Shown one piece after another: positions 35,411 through 49,930 of a stretch of 64,000 bases of DNA; positions within the stretch are counted from its first letter, which is position 1, and every line of letters starts with the position of its first letter. Under the pieces are notes generated by a model. It was given only the letters and a program-made list of their open reading frames with translations, was not told where the DNA came from and ran no database searches. Source of the DNA: Mobula hypostoma (lineage: Eukaryota); assembly GCF_963921235.1 (NCBI RefSeq), contig NC_086097.1, forward strand, positions 113,090,001 to 113,154,000. The letters run 5' to 3'. The translations under genes and the position numbers were made by a program.

Positions 35411-38400
35411 GACTCATCCACAGTGGGATTCAGAGGACCTCCGGTTACCAGCTCAATAGATAGCTGAAGCAGTCAGAAGTCAAGGTCAATGTCACTAATC
35501 TAGCTGAGGACCTTGATGAAGTGCCACAATAGGTTTAATGACCTTATCTAAGTGAGCAAAGTCAATGAATGCACCATCGGATGCCAAATCATACTGCTTC
35601 ACTCATCACTCTCCTAATGGCAGAAATGATTCGTCAGCTTTCCAACCTAATATTTATATGTTTAACCTCATCCTCACATTCCTATCACTTCCACAAGCCT
35701 TAAGTCCACATCCAGACAGCCTGTACTAGGCAACGTTTACTTAAGAAGGATGTAACTATCTATCCTTGTTGCCTTGACATTACACAAGAACACCATTTCA
35801 ACCTTAATCATATCCTCCATCACTAGAGTACAACAGTCGAGGTCCTGGGCATTAATATGGGGAGAAGTTCTTTGCTATCAGAAAATCTAAAGGAGGGAAG
35901 CAGATAACTCAGAATTGTTTGTTTAATAGTGTTAGTGTATAAACACAAACAGGAATTTAAATTGAGGTCACTGCCTGGTTAGTGTTAAAGTGCTGATGCC
36001 AGGAGATGGTCCTGATCACCACAATGACACAACATTGTCATTTCATTCTGCAGCTATCTCACAGTGCCAAGATTCAGGAGAATGTGTTAGATTATTAAGC
36101 AATAATGAGAAGCATCTGAAGAAAATATTTATAAAAACAATTAAAGTATATGATTAAATATTTGTTTAAAAACAAACAGCAAATATTTTGTTCACTCATC
36201 ACTCAGAGCCACAAGTTTCTATCTTGCTGGCTACCAACATGATCAGTGAGCGATGAGCAATAATTGGCACAGACTTCACCACAGGGTCAGTCTGCCATAC
36301 TCAGGAGTCTCGCAAGCTCATCAGTCATTACTGGGTGGCAGATAGAGCAGCTGGAATCTATCAATGAGGGGCAGATGTCATCAACTGTGATTGGTGTACT
36401 TTACACTAGAGAAATCACAATATCAGCATCTCCTCCCGTAAGCATCAGGAAGATCATGACTTCACATTGCTGGGTCGTGCCAACTACACTCTGCCAAGGG
36501 CACACATTTTCACTGCAGAATATGCTTGTTGCAGGAACAATGACTCCATTTACTGTAATGGAGAGGAATGGTTGCAAGGGACCTTGGTAAAAATTAGGTC
36601 GTTCACATTTCTTTGATGCATTGCTTTTAGATGTTTTCTATTGTTTACGTGTTTTTAAGTATTTTAAGAGACTTATTAAAGTTTTTAATAATACTTTAAT
36701 TATTAAAATTTTTAATGCCAGAGACAATTGGAATCATTCTATTGCACCTTTGATACTCTTGACATCTGTAAAAGCCTTTGGTATGGATTAACCAACTGCA
36801 AAAGATTGTTCTTTTTTAAATATATCTGTGGGCAGAGCTTGTTCAGATTCCACTGCATGTGGGACTTACATCTGAGGGTCCCTGCCCACTATAATGTTTA
36901 ATCCATAATAATTAGGATGTCTTCTGGAAAAATAGCTTCTTGATGGAGGATGTTGACAAAGTACATGTCGGACGTTGGGGAGGTGAACAGCAAGTAACGG
37001 CTGGAAAATTTCTGACTGTTATTCTTGTTCACAGGATTTTTCAATAAGAATTAATAGGAGGCAAAAACAGACTTAGTTCACGGTGCTAATGATAAATGCT
37101 ATCTGGGTAAGATGAGTAGCCCTAAGAGGTTGTGCTAAGCTAGAATCTATTAGGGTAGAGTTAAGAAATAAGGAAGAGAATGCTGTACACTAAAGGTCAC
37201 TAAACAACGGACCCTATTGCATAATAATACCTGGAGTGCACCTTTGCAGGTTCGACACATTCTGAAACTTACACCTGCCTGATTCAAGCCATCTAGAGCC
37301 TTTACATGTCCAACAGAACAGGAAGAGAGAGGAACATTTTTTCTTTAATCAGGGTAGTTTATATTTAAACATTGAGACACAGTGCAGAGTAGACCTTCCA
37401 GTCGTTCTACATGCACCGCCCAGCAACCCCAATTTAACCCTAGCCTAATCACAGGACAATTTACAATGACCAACTAACCTAACAACTAGTAAGTGTTTGG
37501 ATTGTGGGAGGAAACCAGAGTACACCCACGCGGTCACAGGGAGAATATACAAACTCCTTACAGACGGCAGCAGGAACTGAACCCCAGTCACTGGCACTAT
37601 AAAGCATTGTGCCAACCACCACACTACCTGGGTTAGTTTTGAAACTGCCTGAAGGGTGGCACATCAGCACATTGCACTAACAAGGAATTAACTGTACTGG
37701 TAATAATTAACTCAGTTCTCATAATCCCAAAACAAATATGCTCTTTGTACCTATAGAGAATAAAATCTTTGATGTGCTTGAATTCAGTCCTTGGTTTCCA
37801 TATAAAGAATGGTTTATCCCTTTCAGCTTGAATTTGATTTTATAATCCTCTACAGTAGTGTAACGATTATTAAGTTCCAGCAGAAGCTGCAATATTTTCA
37901 GGTTTGTCTGGGTAATTAACTCTAATTAGAAATTAATTAAGTAACTAATTACAAGTTTAAATATTTCCATGCATAAAGCATAACTAATTGTGAAAGTGTG
38001 GCAGGCTGTATTATCATTTGAGAAAGGGAGCAATCATTTCCTATTGATGAGTAATAAATATCAGATAGTTATTTTAGTGCACAAAATGTGAGTAAACAAA
38101 CATCTCCATCAATCATTAAAAATATAATTGGTTTAAAGTGATATGTGGATATTTGCATGTTGAAAGAAGATCAAATCCGATACATAAAACCAGACAAAGC
38201 GTACTTTTATAACCCAGCAATTTTGTGATTTGGGTGGCACACTGGTACAGCGGTTAGTGTAACGCCATTGCAGCACAGGCGACCGGGAATCCAACTCCAC
38301 TGCTGTCCGTATGTTCTCCCCGTGATGGTGGGTTTCCCCTGGGTACTCCCGTTTCTTCCATATTCCAAAGACGTAGGGGTTAGTAATTGGACAAATGGGT

Positions 38401-39137
38401 ACAATTGTTTGTTGGTTCAGAAGGGTCTGATATCCGACTGTAGCTCTAAATCTAAATCTAACTCTCCACTACAGAAATATTTAAGGTAAAACTGCTGGTC
38501 TACCTATCCATATTCTAAGCCAAAGCCAGGGGATCATCTGATCATAATCCAATGCCACTCGTTAATTCAACATCAGTCTCTCTCTCCCTCTCACTTGACA
38601 CTGCCGGAGAATGGTGCGGGAGTCTCAGGTCTTGGGAAAGGTTTATTCAATTTTGTTTTGTGGCTGTGTGTGGGAAGAAGTACTGTATACTGCACATATA
38701 CTTTGATAATAGATAACTTTGTATCTTTGTATGTGTCAGTACTCTCCTATCATTCTGTCAGAGAGCTGAGGTCTCACTGCCTAGTATGCCACTGTAAATA
38801 TTTTCTCTGTAAGCTCCCACATCATACCCTTGCTTGACACCAATCAACACTCTCAAAACAGTTGCAGCTTTATAAATGGATTTTTTGGCAAATATACCTG
38901 CATTGATCTGGCTTAAAACCACAAGCAAAACTCATGGGTTTTCAGATGGACTCAGCACTAATTCCCACCCTTATGCTCATAGGAGAATGGAACAGGGTGT
39001 TCAGAAGAAATTGTATCTCTTCCCAACATAATGCTTCAACACTGGAAAATTCAGCCCAACAAGGAATTCAACATTTCAATGCACAAGACTGATCAGATTT
39101 CAATGTATTTTGAGGTACAAAAGAAAACATCTGAAAA

Positions 39138-39745
39138 CACACACACACAGGATGCTGGAGAAACTCAGCAAGTCAGGCAGCATCTATGGATGGAAATACA
39201 CAGGCGCTTCACACCAGGACCCCTCCTCAGGATTGGAAAGGAAGGAGGCAGAAACCAGAAATGGAGCTGGGGGGAAGAGAAGGAGTACAAACTGGCAGGT
39301 GATAGATGAGACCAGGTGGATGAAGTAAGAAGCTGGGAGATGATTGGGGGAAGAGGTAAAGGGCGGAAAAGAAGTTATCTATTAGCAGAGGTCAGTGGAC
39401 CATGGAAGAAAGGAAAGAAGGAGGGCAACCCAGCAGGTGGAGATGAGGAGAAGAGAAATAGTGAGAGGGGATGGAAAAAGAGAAAAGGGGGGAGGGAGGA
39501 GTAGTTAACTAAAGTTAGAGAAATCCATGTTGGTATGCCATCAGGTTGGAGGCTGCTCAGGTGTTACTCTTCCAACCCAATTTAGGCCTTATCATGGCAG
39601 AAGATGAGGCCATGGGCCAACATGTCAGAATGGGGATTGGAAGTCAAATTGAAATGGGTAGTCAACAGGAGATCCTGCCTTTTGTGGCGGACAGTGCAAA
39701 GGTGCTCAATGAAGTGATCTCTCAATCTGCACCGGGTCTCACCAA
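39138..39745 (-). mobile_element. Penelope-like 3' fragment (related pieces at 41967-42140 and 42755-43060)
   Basis: Same pLTR, purine-rich (+) UTR and GIY-YIG remnant as 14325-15090. Confidence 0.75.
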
Positions 39746-39984
39746 TTTGTTGGAAATTATTTGAAGGTTGTGTATTTATTTATAAAGATAGCCTTTCCCC
39801 TCTGATCTGCCAACTTGGTTTGAGCTGGCCCTTTCCTGCCCACTATATCTCACTCAGAATGATGATGTCAATGTCAAAACATTGGAACTTTCAAGCTGTG
39901 ACAGCAAAAACTTGGTTCTGGTCTGGTGCAAGTGAATCTGACCATGAGGCGACCAATGCAGATCCTGGACTTCTTTTAATGTCA

Positions 39985-40550
39985 CAGCATGAAAACAGGC
40001 CCTTCAGCCCAGCCTGACTATGTTGACTGTATTGCCCACTGAACTAGCCCAATCTGCCCACATTGAACCATAGCCCTCTAAACTTCCACATGCTTATCTA
40101 GGTGGCTCTTAAACATTGTTAATATGCCCATCTTAACCACTATTTCTGGAAGTTTAGTTCAAATAGGTACCACCTTTTGCCCGACATCCCTTTTAAAACT
40201 CTTGTCTCTGATCTTACCTCTATGCACTCTTGTACTTTAGCACACCCTCCCTGGGAAAAAGACTGTTCTTTCACTCTGTCTGTGCCCCTCATGATCTATA
40301 TACACTTATCAGGTCACCAGTCAATAGTCTATGCTTCAGAAAATTAAGTCCGAGTCTACACAAGTCCGGGCAACATCCTGGTAAATTGTTTCTGCACTCT
40401 TTCTAGTTAAATAATTTATTTCCTGTGATAGGGTGACAGATTTGTACACAATGCTCCAAGTGCTGCCTCAGCAATGTCCTATATAACTCAGCACAACTTC
40501 CCAACTCCTATCCACAGTGCCCTGATTGAAGGCCAGCGTACCATGCACCT
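39985..40550 (-). mobile_element. Decayed CR1 3' fragment
   Basis: CR1 3' UTR (cagcatgaaaacaggcccttcagccc on +) and C-terminal remnant. Confidence 0.7.
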
Positions 40551-40557
40551 TCTTCAA

Positions 40558-41185
40558 CTTCAAAGTGCATTTAATATCAAAGCATGGATACATTATACAA
40601 CCTTGAGATTTGTCTCCTTACAGGCAGCCACAAAACAAAGAAACCCGAAAGAGCCCATAAAAAAGAAGACCATCAAATAGCCAATGTGCAGCGAGGAAAA
40701 AACAAGTTGTGCAAACAATAAAAGTAAGCAAATAGCATTCAGAACAAAAGAGAGTCCATAGACATGGAGGCCGAAGCAGCTGGAACAGACCACAGCCTCT
40801 GCCTCGGTCCAGCACAGAGCCGAGTAAACGTCGCAGAGCCCTCAGATACAGAGCCCGGAGCAGGCTACAGTCTCAGTTCAGTGCAGAGCCAAGTAAACAT
40901 CGTGGAGAGTAGTGAGCAGAACCGGCCCGACCCTCACCTCTGACCCTCATCTCCCTACAGCCTGCCTTTTCAATGTATCTGGTCAGGCATTTAAATCATC
41001 CAAATGTTGGGTCATCCCTCATTCTAGGACCCAGGCCCTGTTGCCTCGATACGCTCTGTGCCTGGGTCTTGCCACCACATTTTGACCTGTACCTAAGTCG
41101 GCTTGGCACTTAGGTCAATCAAACCTTGCTCTCGGTTTAGGTATAGGGGCCTCAAATGTGCCTCTGCTCCATGTCGCTCACCTTA
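40558..41185 (-). mobile_element. Non-autonomous retroelement: GC-rich non-coding body with Rex-like 3' tail
   Basis: The tail resembles the Rex1/Babar UTRs in this window; the body has an internal duplicated cagagcc(g/a)agtaaac motif and no RT similarity that I can see. Confidence 0.5.
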
Positions 41186-42149
41186 TCACCCTGTCCTTCT
41201 GAGATGCCATTTTTCAGCCAACTATGCACCTGCATAGCTTGGATAGTGGTTTTAAAGGGTGCCTCAGGTTAACTAATCTAATCCAGGGCCAAGTTGGGAA
41301 TGGGGTATTGTGATATAGCAAAGACGCAAGGTAATGCCTGGGGAGATTGGGAGCACAAGAACCCCTTGGTGGGCTTTCAGCATAACAGCAGATACATCAG
41401 ATCTTGGCACTGAGGAGTTAGTACTGTTCAATATCAAGGATCATGGGGTCTGTGTCTATAACTAAGACCAAACTGGTTTAGCCATGGAGGAACCTAACTG
41501 AAATCTAAAAGGTGATCATATTTTTAATGTGGGTTTGGAAGGAGCTCCTGGTCGTTCTACCTAGACACTCATGTAAATCAATTAGCTCCTTCACTGCAGA
41601 TAATGCGATTGGTTTATGCTGAGTCAGTGAAATTGTGGGTGGTATTAATCTCAAACAATTGTTGGGTCATAATACGGTTATGTTAAATACCAAACAACTA
41701 CTTCAACCATAGGAAAAAGGATGCACCTTTTCATAGCATTTGTCCTTATCATAGCTTACTACTGACAGATCAACCATGGCAAGAAGGTTTCTTTGTCACT
41801 GTAATGAGAATGTAGCTAATATAACAAAAGATTTCCTCTGATTCATAGATGTTAGTAACATTTTAAACATTACAGGAAGACTTCCTCAGATAGCTTTCTC
41901 ATAAAAGAGTAGCGCAGCAGGAAGGTTATCCTGGCCAGTATGGTTGCAGCCTTGTTAATGTGGCTAAACACACGAAATTCTGCAGATGCTGGAAGTCCAG
42001 AGCACCAGACACAAAATGCTGGAGGAACTCATCAGGTCAGGCAGCATCTATGGAGCGGAGAAAAGAACCAGCGTTTCAGGCTATAACCAGTCAGGAGATG
42101 CTGCCTGACCTGCTGAGTTCCTTCAGCTTTTTGTGTGATTTCCATTTGT

Positions 42150-43530
42150 TGCTGCATGAGGCTGAAGGTGATCAGAACTTGATACAACAGTGGTTGGCCT
42201 TGTTGACAATGGTGACAAGACAGTGCACAAAGAGGAGGTCAAGCGGCTGGTAGAATGGTATGAGTACAGCAACCTGAGCCTCGAAGTGGTCAAGACTAAA
42301 CAGATGATTGTGGACTTTAGGAAGCTGCAGAGTGACCACTCTTCACTGCACATAAATGCCTCTTCAGTGGATAGATTTAGGAGCACCAAGTTTCTGGGAG
42401 TGTACATAATGGATGATCTCACGGGGTTCTTTAACACCACCTCTTTAGTCAAGAAAGCACAGCACCAGCTCCACTTCTCAGGGAGATTGAGTCTCGTCCC
42501 GTGATTCCCCCTCACCAACATTCTAACAGTTTTCACAGGAGCACTACTAAGAGCGTCCTCACCAGCTGCATCACCATCTGGTATGGGAATTGCAAAGCAT
42601 CTGACCGCAAGGCCCTACAAATGCTGAGAGCATCATCAGGGTCTCTCTTCCACATATCCAAGATATTTATCAGAATCACAGCATACGCAAGGCTCTTATC
42701 AATGTCAATGATCCCTCCTACCTGTCCAACAATCTCCTTGGCCCCTGCTATCAGCAACACACCCAAAATGTTGGGGGAGCTCAGCATGTATGGAAATGAA
42801 CAGATCGTTGATGTTTCAGGCTAAGATCGTTGATGTTTCAGGCTAAGATCCTTCTTCTAGACTGAGAAGGAAAGGGGAAGATGCCAGAATAAAATAACTG
42901 GGTGAGGGGAAAGGGGCCAGCTGGAAGGTGAAAGGTGAAGCCAGGTGGGTGGGAAAAATCAAGAGCTGGAGAAAAAGGAATCTGATAAGAGAGGAGAGTG
43001 GAAATAGGAGAAAGGGAAAGAGAAGGGGACCTGGGGGAAGTAATAGGAAGGTAAGAAGAAGGATCAGAATCAGGTTTATTGTCATTGGCATATGTAGTGT
43101 AATTTGTTAACTTTATGGCAGCAGCACAATGCAATACAGATAACAGAGAGAAAAAAGAAAACTGAATTACAGTAAGAAAATATCTAATATATTAAATAGT
43201 TAAATTAAATAAGTAGTGCAAAAACAAACAGGAAATATAAAAAACTCATGAGGTGGTATTCATGGGTTCAATGTCCATTCAGAGATGAGATGGCAAAGGG
43301 GAAGAAGCTGGTCTAGAGTCACTGAGTGTGTGCCGTTGGGCGTTGGATTATACACCTCCTTCCTGATGCCAGCAATGAGAAGAGGGCAAGTCTTGGGTGC
43401 TGAGGTCCTTAATGATGGATGCCACCTTTCTTCGGTACCGTCCTTGAAGATGACCTGGATACTATGGAGGCTAGTGCCCATAACGGAGCTGGCTAATTTT
43501 ACAACTCTCTGGAGCTTATTTCAATTTTGT
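42150..43530. mobile_element. Rex1/Babar fragments (42150-42750 +; 43060-43530 -)
   Basis: KTKQMIVDFRK...KFLGVYIMDDL...KKAQHQLHF; a tail fragment lies on the opposite strand. Confidence 0.8.
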
Positions 43531-44186
43531 GCATACCTTCTTGGTATGAGTAGAAGTCGAGCCAGTTGATTAGACTTTCCAAACTGTGGGCGTGAGAGAG
43601 CATGGTAAGTGCTCTTGATGGTGGTCCAGTGTGATGGGTCCTCTGGTACTACAAGTAGTTTGCTGGTAATAATTATTTAGGGATTATTAAAAGATTACAG
43701 TGGGGAATAGAAGTACCATAGCATTAGAATAAGAACTTTAGGATAGGAAGCAGCTCCTAACATCAGGCCACATATGAGTACTAAACTCCCTGCCACCACC
43801 CAGGCCTTATCATGAATAAAGTGCCAGTAGTGTTACTCTGTTTACTTCTTAACTTGTTTTGCAAATGCACTTTACTATTTGTTGCTTTATTTGTGGTAAT
43901 ATTTGTGTACCTTGGTCCAGAGGAAGGTTGTTTTGCTTGCTGGTATACATGTATATGGTTAAATGGCAATAAACAAACGTGAAATTGAGAACATTCCTTC
44001 GAAATGCCTCCACGATTGCATGAAATAATAAATATAGAAATGGTGTGCTGGCATCAGTATTAGAAGAGGAAAAGTCAGTTGATCCATACAAGATTATTCC
44101 AACATTTAGCGAGATAGTGATAAAGTTACAACACAGAAAGAGGCCATTCAGCCAATTTGTCAGTGTCCGATGAAAAAGAAATAAAG

Positions 44187-45055
44187 CAACACAAACAAAA
44201 TGCTGAAGGAACTCAGCAGGTTAGGCAGCATCTATGGAGAGGAATAAACAGTCAACGTTTCAGGCCAGGAATCTTCACCAGGACTGGAGAGGAAGGGAAA
44301 AGAAACCAGAATATGAAGATGGGGGAGGGGACTGGGTACAAGTTGGCACGTGATGGGAGAAGCCAGGTTAGGGGGAAGGTAAGCTGATGGGGAAGAGGAC
44401 TGAAGTGAGAAGCCAGGAGATGATAGGTGGAAGAGATAAAGGGCTGAAGAAGAAGGAATTTGATGGGGAGCAAAGTGGACAACGGGATAACGAGAAGGAG
44501 GAAGGAAACCAGAGGGAGATGATGGGCAGGTGAGGAGAAGATTAGGGATAAGAAGGAAATCAGAAAGGGGAATGGAAAAAGAGACAAGGGAGAGAAATTA
44601 CTGGAAATTAGAGATATCAATGTTCATGCTGTCAGGTTGGAGGCTACCCAGACATAATATGAGGTGTTGCACTCCAACTTCAGAGCAGCCTCATCATGAC
44701 AGTAAAGGAGGACATGGACTGACATGCCAGAATGGGAATGGGAAGTCGAATTGAAATAGGGAGCCTCTGGGAAATCCTGCCTCTTGCAGTGGACAGCACG
44801 GAGGTGTTCGACAAAGAATTCCCCAATCTACATCAGGTCTCTCCAAAGTGGAGGAGGCCCCTCTGGGAGCACTGGAAACAGTAGATGACCCCAACAGACT
44901 CACAGGTGAAGTATCACCTCACCGGGAAGGACTGTTTGGGGCCCTAAATAAGGGAAGAGGTGTAGGAACAGATGTAGTGTAGCGCTTATCCCGCTTGAAG
45001 GAAAGTGTTGTGTGTGTTGCTCTGGGTTTTCAGCCTTTGCAGAATCACTTGTGAT
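44187..45055 (-). mobile_element. Penelope-like 3' part (GIY-YIG remnant + pLTR)
   Basis: Collinear with 14325-15090. Confidence 0.8.
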
Positions 45056-45586
45056 TATGAATAAGAACTATCCAGCTTAATCCCTGCTTTCAACACTTGA
45101 TCCATGGTTTTATAGATCATGATGCTTCGGGCATTCATCCTAACACTTTTATAATGATGCAAATTTCTCCCTTTATTCCAATTTAGGGTAGTGAGATCCA
45201 AATCTCTACCATCCCATTGGTAATTTTCCCTTTCACATTGCCGTAACTAGAAGCTGTCAAATTCTTCTACCAATCACTTTAAATCAATTCCAAGTAGTTT
45301 GTTTGTCCCTCTCATAGATTACTCATAATTTTATGCATCTCATCCGACTCTGCCCTCAACTTTATTTATCCAAAGGAAACAATTACAGCCTTCCTAATCA
45401 TTTCTTTTTGCTAAAAATTTCTATTCCTGGTGGCTTGGTGCATCAGAGAACTTACCATGCCCTGACAAGTACAAAGTTCAAAAGTTCAAAGTATATCTAT
45501 TATAGATGTATGTATATTTCACCATATACTACTCTGAGATGAATTTTCTTGCTGGTATTCACAATCAAACAAAGAAATACAACAGG

Positions 45587-46485
45587 ATAAGGATGGGCTC
45601 CCTCACCTCTGCCTCTCTGACTCTCAATACAGGTGCCCCTCGGGGTTGTGTCCTGAGTCCCCTCCTCTACTCCCTTTACACCCATGACTGTGCTGCCACA
45701 CACACAGCGGATCAAATTCGCAGATGACTCGACTTTGATCAGCCTTATTTCTAGTGGTAATGAGACGCCTACAGAGGAGAGGGTGACACCCTGATACAGT
45801 GGTGCCAGGATAACAACCTCTCCCTCAATCTCCAAAACAACAAAAGAGTTGATTTTGGATTACAGGAGGAAGGGAGACAGGCATCACCTGATTAACATCG
45901 ATGGGTCTGCTGATGAGAGGGTAAGTAGTTTCAGATTTCTCGGTATACACACCACCGATGATCTCACCTGGACTGAACACACCGGCTTTGTGGCAAAAAA
46001 GCACAACAGCGTCTCTTCCACCTCAGGCAGCTGAAGATGTTCAGTGTGGACCCCCAAATCCTCAAGACATTTTACAGGGGCACCATTGAGAGCATCCTGA
46101 CTGGCTGCATCACCGCCTGGTATGGGAACCTCACCAACCTTGATTGCTGGGCACTGCAGAGAGTGGTACGGACAGCCCAGCGCATCTGTGGATGTGAACT
46201 TCCCACTATTGAGGACATTTACGGCAGCAGGTGCAGAAAGAAGGCCTGGAAGATCATTGGGGACACCAGTCACCCCAACCATAAACTGCTTCAGCTGCTT
46301 CCAACTAGCAAACGGTAATGCAGCATTAAAGCCAGGGCCAACAGGCTATGGGACAGCTTCTTTCTACTAGCCATTAGACTTATAAATTCACGTGCCTGTA
46401 CTTTGCAACTGAGTTATTACGCAAAGATTTTTACTCCCTCACTTTGTGGGATGGACGTAAGATTTAAATAAATTTTAAATTCTAA
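45587..46485 (+). mobile_element. Rex1/Babar RT 3' part nested in an opposite-strand Rex-like tail (45472-46620)
   Basis: LNTGAPRGCVLSPLLYSLYTHDC; FRFLGIHTTDDLTW; FYRGTIESILTGCITAWYG. Confidence 0.85.
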
Positions 46486-47749
46486 AGAGTGGAATCAATG
46501 AAGAATTACACACAACGACTGACAATCAACGTGCAAAAGGAGACAAATTGCACAAATACAAAAATAATAAATTAATAAGTAAATAAACAACACTGAGAAC
46601 ATGAGATATAGAGTCTCACGAGTTTTAGAGACAAGTGTCTAACCATCACCTGAAATGATTTCAGGATCTGGTTTTCTCTGGAAGGAGTAGTATTTATAGG
46701 AAAGGCATCTCACGAATTACAGAAACACAAGCGATACTTTTCTTGTTTACTCAGTTTAACTGATGCAAAAATGACAAACAACACATTGCCTCTGTACAGA
46801 CACAGTCCTTGTGAACATTGCTGCTCACTCAAGATGCAGATTATAGAATCATCCTCAATAGATAATAATTTAGAGAGATTATTTAAGTTCAGATTTATTT
46901 TGTGCCTGTCCAGGTTCCTGTCATGAGTACATTATTTGCTATTATCACTGTTCAGGCTGTAACTTAAGATTTTAGAATGATGCAGTAATCTAATTACAGG
47001 GTGCAGATTTTCCGCTTTGCAATTCATGATAGCGTCTGAATCCCCACAATTAGATCACTGCCTTTATAATCACTTTCAGGTGCCTATTAAAACTGCAAGA
47101 AAAGAGTCATTGAACGCAATCCTTCCAACAGACACTGTACAATTTGACCTGTCATGCACTTGTCCCAATTTGCTTCATATCCTGGAACAGGTGAACTGAG
47201 GTAAAACTCTGAAATTGCCCATCATCATCGCTTCAGGGCAACATAACAGTCAAGAAGATTCAATTTTGATGACCTGTATGTAATAAAGAAAGTTTTTGTT
47301 TTCAGAGCAGGATATGAATCACACTGCTGAACAAATATTTTATCATCATATCTATACTTAGCCCTTTAATCTCCATTCCCGCTCCTGACGAGGTATTCAA
47401 CAACCACTACTATTAAGGACTTCATTGATGCAGTTTCAACTGTGTTTGACAGAAGTTGATCTAATCTTGTGGAAGCAATCAAAATCTAAACTAATCCCTG
47501 TTGGTAAAAAACCTACCCAATATTTCCTCATATCCACAGTTGTTCAGTCTTGGCAATATCCTCATAAACTTCTGCAGCTTTTCAATGCAGTTACATCTTT
47601 CCTGTGATGTGGTGACCAGAACTGTACAGGATATTCAAGCTATGACATACAGACACTGTTTCCAATTCTTTGCTCTTACATTTCTTACGTCTTTGATAAA
47701 GCAAGGCCTATTGAATTATTGTGTCTGTCCGTCCTGCTACCTTTTGATG

Positions 47750-49930
47750 ATGGACTTCAGGATGGTGTAGGTCGACCACTCTCCATTTCACCGCAATGGC
47801 TCTGTCGTGGAGAAGGTGGAGAGCACAAAGTTCCTTGGTGTGAACGTAATGGATGATTTAACTTGGATCCACAACACCTCCTCATTAGTCAAGAAAGCAC
47901 AGCAGCATCTACACTTTCTGAGGAGATTGAGGTATTAACAGCGCTTTACAGGAGCACCATCAAGAGTGTCCAGTCTGGCTGTATCATTCTGTGGTACGAA
48001 AGCTGCAAAGCATCAGACCACAAGGCCCTACAGAGGATAATAAAATCACTGAGAGGACTGGGGTCTCCCTCCCCTCTAACTATGACATTTACCGGAGTGT
48101 TGTTGTCAAAGGGTCCAAAGCACTGTTGAAGATCCTTGCCAGTCATCCCACAATCTCTTTGACCCACTACTGTCAAGAAGGAGGTTCAGGAGCATCAGGA
48201 CTAGGACTGTCAGGCTGGGTGACAGCTACTTCCCTCAAGCTGTGAGGCTAATGAATACCCTGCCACCTCTGAGGTGTCTGCACTAGGCTGGCGAGCTATT
48301 TACTGTTTTACTGTTTACTAATTACTTATGATGCACATTACATACATTTTGAATTATTTTTGTTAACTTATTTATGGCAATATTTTGTTTTATGGGCCGC
48401 ATGTGAAATGTGTGCTGCATGTGGGTGCACCATAGTCAGGAGGAACATTGTTTTATTTAGTTATAAATATGGACAGTCATTATTAAACTTGAGCTTAAAC
48501 TTAGGTATCTGTGGACTTACAAAACAAATCCCCTTTGATTATCCATACTTCTCAATATCATGGCATTTATTGTATACTCCCTTGCTTTCTTTTGCCTGCT
48601 CAAATGCATAGATATGCTGCACTGGATAGACTTCCCCATGTCACTGTCCTTCCCAATTACACACCATTAATATGCTCTGAAGTCAATAGTTATCCTCAAC
48701 ACCAAACTTTGTATCATCTTTAAGTCTAAATTGTTAATATACAGTATGCAAGTATGGAAGCTAGATCTGCATCATGAAATTGCCCCTGGCATTGCAAGAA
48801 TTTAGTTATAGTCTGGTACTTCCGTTTTGGCCCAATGAGTTATCAAATTCAACTACAACAATAGTTAATATGTACACATATCAGAATCAGAGTCAGGTTT
48901 AATATCACCAGTATAGGTTGTGAAATCTGTCTTTGCAGTAGCAGTAAAATGCAATACATAATAATAGAAAAATCATGAATTACAATAAGTATATATATTA
49001 AATAGTTAAATTAAGTAGGTACTGCAAAAATATAACAATCATGTAGTGGTCACAGGTTCAATGTCCAGATAGAAATCAGATAAACACATTTTCATTATTT
49101 TTTTCAAAATGATTACACATGGTTCAGCAGATTTACCTTGATCTATGATTGTAAAATTGTTTCTATTTTCATTTCTCTTATTCAAGTTGTTTTGTTTAGT
49201 TCTCCCTACTCTACTCTGACAGCGAGGCCAGATACTGCTCTAACTCCATGTACAAGTTTGTAGATCGTGCCACTGTAGTAGGCTGTATCTCAAATAACAA
49301 TAACAAGTACAGGGAGATGATAGAGAGCTTAGAGACATGGTGGCATGACAACAACCTTTCCCTCAATGTCAACAAAACAAAGTTGCTGGTCATTGATTTC
49401 AGAAAGGGGGGGAGGGATGGGGGGGGTAGTCACACACTCCTCTCAACATTGGCAGTGTTGAGGTTGAGTGGGTTGGAGCTTCAAGATCCGAGGAGTGAAC
49501 ATTACCTGGTTGAGATGGTCCGTCGTGATCCAACCATGTTGATCTCAGGGTCAGGAAAGCTCACAAATGCCTCTATTTCTTCAGGAAGCTGAAAAAATTT
49601 GGTACGTCCCATCAACTGTTACCAATTTTTATCAAAGCATCATAGAAAGTATTCTGTCTGAATGCATAACAGCGTGGTACAGCAACTGGTCTGCACGTGA
49701 CCACAACAAACTGCAGAGTTGTGGGCACATCATAGAAACCAGCTTCTCCTTTATGGATTCTGTCTGTACTTCTTGCTGCCTCAGTAAAGCAGCCAGAATA
49801 ATCAACCCATCCATTCTGGACATCCTCTCTTGTCCCCTCTCCCATCAGGCAGAAAGCACATAGCACCAGGCTTCTATTATAAGACTCTTGAATGGATCTC
49901 TTGTAAGATGAAATGGACTCTTAGCCACAA
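47750..49930 (+). mobile_element. Rex1/Babar fragments (47750-48500 +, 48880-49080 -, 49200-49930 +)
   Basis: YRSTIKSVQSGCIILWY; DNNLSLNVNKTKLLVIDFRK; FYQSIIESILSECITAWY. Confidence 0.75.

Noticed and set aside
41250..41950. Possible ancient L1 remnant (also ~43570-43830) and RT remnant at ~35420-35880
   Set aside because: Too decayed to support a call by eye.
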